Source of the DNA: Microcoleus sp.
GTDB taxonomy: Bacteria; Cyanobacteriota; Cyanobacteriia; Cyanobacteriales; Microcoleaceae
Length of the DNA: 64,000 bases
Direction of reading: 5' to 3'
Assembly: GCA_042408215.1 (NCBI GenBank)
Contig: JAYFMW010000028.1
Span: 224,001-288,000 of the forward strand
Shown: one piece after another, positions 61,946 through 64,000 of the stretch
How positions within the stretch are numbered: position 1 is the stretch's first letter
Layout of the letters: every line of letters starts with the position of its first letter
Notes under the pieces: model-generated
What the model was told of the DNA's origin: nothing
Databases searched by the model: none
What the model saw: only the letters and a program-made list of their open reading frames with translations
Position numbers and translations under genes: made by a program

Positions 61946-64000
61946 ATGGAGTAAACAATTGCGGGAATCACTCCGCAATTCTGAGGACTTAAAAGCTTAT
62001 GCGGCTTCTAGCCTTTCCGACACTGATGCCAAGGTAAAGCATCGAGAAATTGTCCGTCTTGCCCAACTGATTGCCGAAGTGGAATTAGGGCTAACACTGC
62101 TGAGGGAAATAGCTCCTGAAGAACCTGCTGCCTCAGTCTCAGCTTTACTTTCGGGATATCGGTTTCCGGTTGAAGCACTCTTAAATGATGCTAACTGGCT
62201 GCTGGTAAAAAAAGCCCGTTTTTATCTCCTGCGGCGCAAAGGGAATCAATGGGAGCGATCGCTCTGCGAATATATCAGCATTCCTGAAATTTTGAGAATA
62301 TTCAGCTTAACAGACATCAGCGAAGTACCTGAATTAATTCCCTCAAGTACATACCCCCGCCGCTTGCAGCTATACCAGCAAACCCTATCAGCAACCCCGC
62401 AGCACAAAAAACGAAAAACCCAACTGGCAACTCCTGGGTATTGGTATGCCAAAATTGCCCACAAAGGTAACTCTCCCGCTGAGGTTCCTGTCAATATTCC
62501 CCAAGCTGTTGCTAATCTTGCACCCGCGCCGCAGGTATCTTTTCACCGCACGCGCACTCAGAACAATCCCTCTCATACCGTCACCCTAGAAGAGTTGCTG
62601 ATTTCAGCCCAGGAAATGGATTGTAAGCTGGCTGAATCGGGCTACGACCCAGAAAACTATCACAGTCGCCTTCAAGGAATTGCCTTGCGGTTATACGACG
62701 CATCAACCGATGATTTTTCCCCCGGTAGCGAACTGAAACTAGAGCAACTTGTCCACATAGTCGGTTTATTAAACGTTGGTAAATCCACACTGTTAGAAGT
62801 TCTGATTTACCATTTGGCCTCACAGGGATATCGCTGTGGCTTAATTGTTAATGATGTTGTTGCACAAGTGCGCCTCGCATCCTTGTTTTGGCACGGAATG
62901 GGGATTTCAGCGGCTCCCGTACTGGGAACCAATCGCTCTGAACAATTGGAAAAAATTTACGAACCCATCCTCGCAACAATGGGCGAGGAAATTGCACAAG
63001 GAGCCATTCATCCCGCGTGGCGCTGGTTTAGTTTTGTTTGTCCCTTATTAGCGTTAGTACAGTCAGAAGATAAGTGGGAATTTGGCGCGGAACCCTGTCA
63101 CAATCTTTACCAAAAAGTGACCGCCAACCAAAAAGAAAAAGCAATAGACAGTGAAGACTTAGAGGATTGGGAAGAAAGCGATACAGAAGATAAATATACC
63201 TGTCCTTTTTATTATAAGTGTCCGCGCCACCAACTAGAACGAGACATCGCTCAATCTTTGGTGTGGGTGCTAACAACCGCCAGCTTTATTCATACCCGCG
63301 TTCCCCGTCAGGTATTGGACGAAAATCTTACTTTTGCTGAAGCTGTTTACCGCGAATGCGACTTTCTGTTTGTTGACGAAGCTGACCGGGTACAGGTGCA
63401 ATTTGACGAAGCTTTTGCACCGGATGAAGTGTTAGTCGATGCTTCGGGAAACTCATTATTAAATAAACTCGGAATTAAATTTGCCACTGCTATTTACAAT
63501 TCCGATCGCCGCAGCATGGCTGCTGAATTAGTTGCAGCAGCAAAAAAAGCGCACGACAACGCTCAAAGTGCTGCTGACATCATCCTTCCCAAGCTGCACA
63601 ACCAATCCGAACTCGTTGAATGGTTGGGTTCAACTCCCTTCACGGGCCGTTCTGTATTTGCCCGCATTATCCGCGACATCCTAGAACCTCCACCGGAGAC
63701 AGAAAATAGCGAACCCAAAACTAAACTTACCCGCAAAGAACGCAGTCAGCAGCGGCGGAACCGGATTGAGGCCGGTTTGCCACCTTTCGAGGAACGCCAG
63801 CGCCGCAAACAGGTTATGCAGACAATAGAGAATTTTTTGCAAGCACCTCTCAACCGCCGTCAAGGAGGAGAACTTTCAGATATTGCCCATACCTTGTTGA
63901 GTGCAGAAAGCGAGACTTTGGCATTAGCTGAAGTAGCTAATTGGCTAAAGAGGTGGCTTGAATCTTTGGGAATTTCTATGGCCGATCAAACTAAGTTTGG
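61929..64000 (+). CDS. DinG-like SF2 helicase with N-terminal pPIWI_RE_Z-like region; runs off the window
   Basis: Manual translation from GTG 61929 (RBS GGAGGA): MRDLAKW...VELGLTLL...LLSGY; Walker A GLLNVGKST (~62765); Cys cluster CPL...PCH...CPFYYKCP; Walker B FVDEAD (~63370). Overlaps the REase stop. Confidence 0.85.
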   Translation, partial: MRDLAKWSKQLRESLRNSEDLKAYAASSLSDTDAKVKHREIVRLAQLIAEVELGLTLLREIAPEEPAASVSALLSGYRFPVEALLNDANWLLVKKARFYLLRRKGNQWERSLCEYISIPEILRIFSLTDISEVPELIPSSTYPRRLQLYQQTLSATPQHKKRKTQLATPGYWYAKIAHKGNSPAEVPVNIPQAVANLAPAPQVSFHRTRTQNNPSHTVTLEELLISAQEMDCKLAESGYDPENYHSRLQGIALRLYDASTDDFSPGSELKLEQLVHIVGLLNVGKSTLLEVLIYHLASQGYRCGLIVNDVVAQVRLASLFWHGMGISAAPVLGTNRSEQLEKIYEPILATMGEEIAQGAIHPAWRWFSFVCPLLALVQSEDKWEFGAEPCHNLYQKVTANQKEKAIDSEDLEDWEESDTEDKYTCPFYYKCPRHQLERDIAQSLVWVLTTASFIHTRVPRQVLDENLTFAEAVYRECDFLFVDEADRVQVQFDEAFAPDEVLVDASGNSLLNKLGIKFATAIYNSDRRSMAAELVAAAKKAHDNAQSAADIILPKLHNQSELVEWLGSTPFTGRSVFARIIRDILEPPPETENSEPKTKLTRKERSQQRRNRIEAGLPPFEERQRRKQVMQTIENFLQAPLNRRQGGELSDIAHTLLSAESETLALAEVANWLKRWLESLGISMADQTKF

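Noticed and set aside
1..64000. tRNA, rRNA or tmRNA genes
   Set aside because: None recognised by eye; a tRNAscan-SE/Infernal run would be needed to exclude them formally.

Overview
Chromosomal segment of a filamentous cyanobacterium, Oscillatoriales/Microcoleus-like, judged by frequent HIP1 GCGATCGC sites, heptamer STRR tracts, rpaA, fraH-pgl and a CAAD/CurT gene. In order it holds: a type I secretion trio (HlyD, HlyB-like ABC, PpiC) beside glycosyltransferases; a 110-bp x ~9.4 tandem array; an intact TnpB-only IS200/IS605 element; aroA; decayed D-LDH and K+-channel genes; a CbiM(PDGLE)-Q-O ECF operon split by a 533-bp triplication; a Fur-box-preceded operon of three uncharacterised membrane proteins, a ferritin-like protein and FTR1, with two local duplications; rpaA, then a stack of four IS200/IS605-derived elements (one with TnpB, three non-coding); the rpsL-rpsG-fusA-tuf-rpsJ operon; an island with a lipase-RTX protein, a Gly/Ala-rich peptide and a STAND-WD40 protein; LON-domain, pheA and DUF1997 genes; an FHA/fraH/pgl cluster interrupted by a decayed IS607; and, at the right edge, the first two genes of a probable pPIWI-RE (prokaryotic Argonaute-related) island whose nuclease carries a LexA-like HTH. 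The best leads are the pPIWI-RE island, the protein-free omegaRNA-like element with a boxA motif, and a five-copy convergent-promoter hairpin cassette. All family assignments come from motif recognition by eye; no database search was run.
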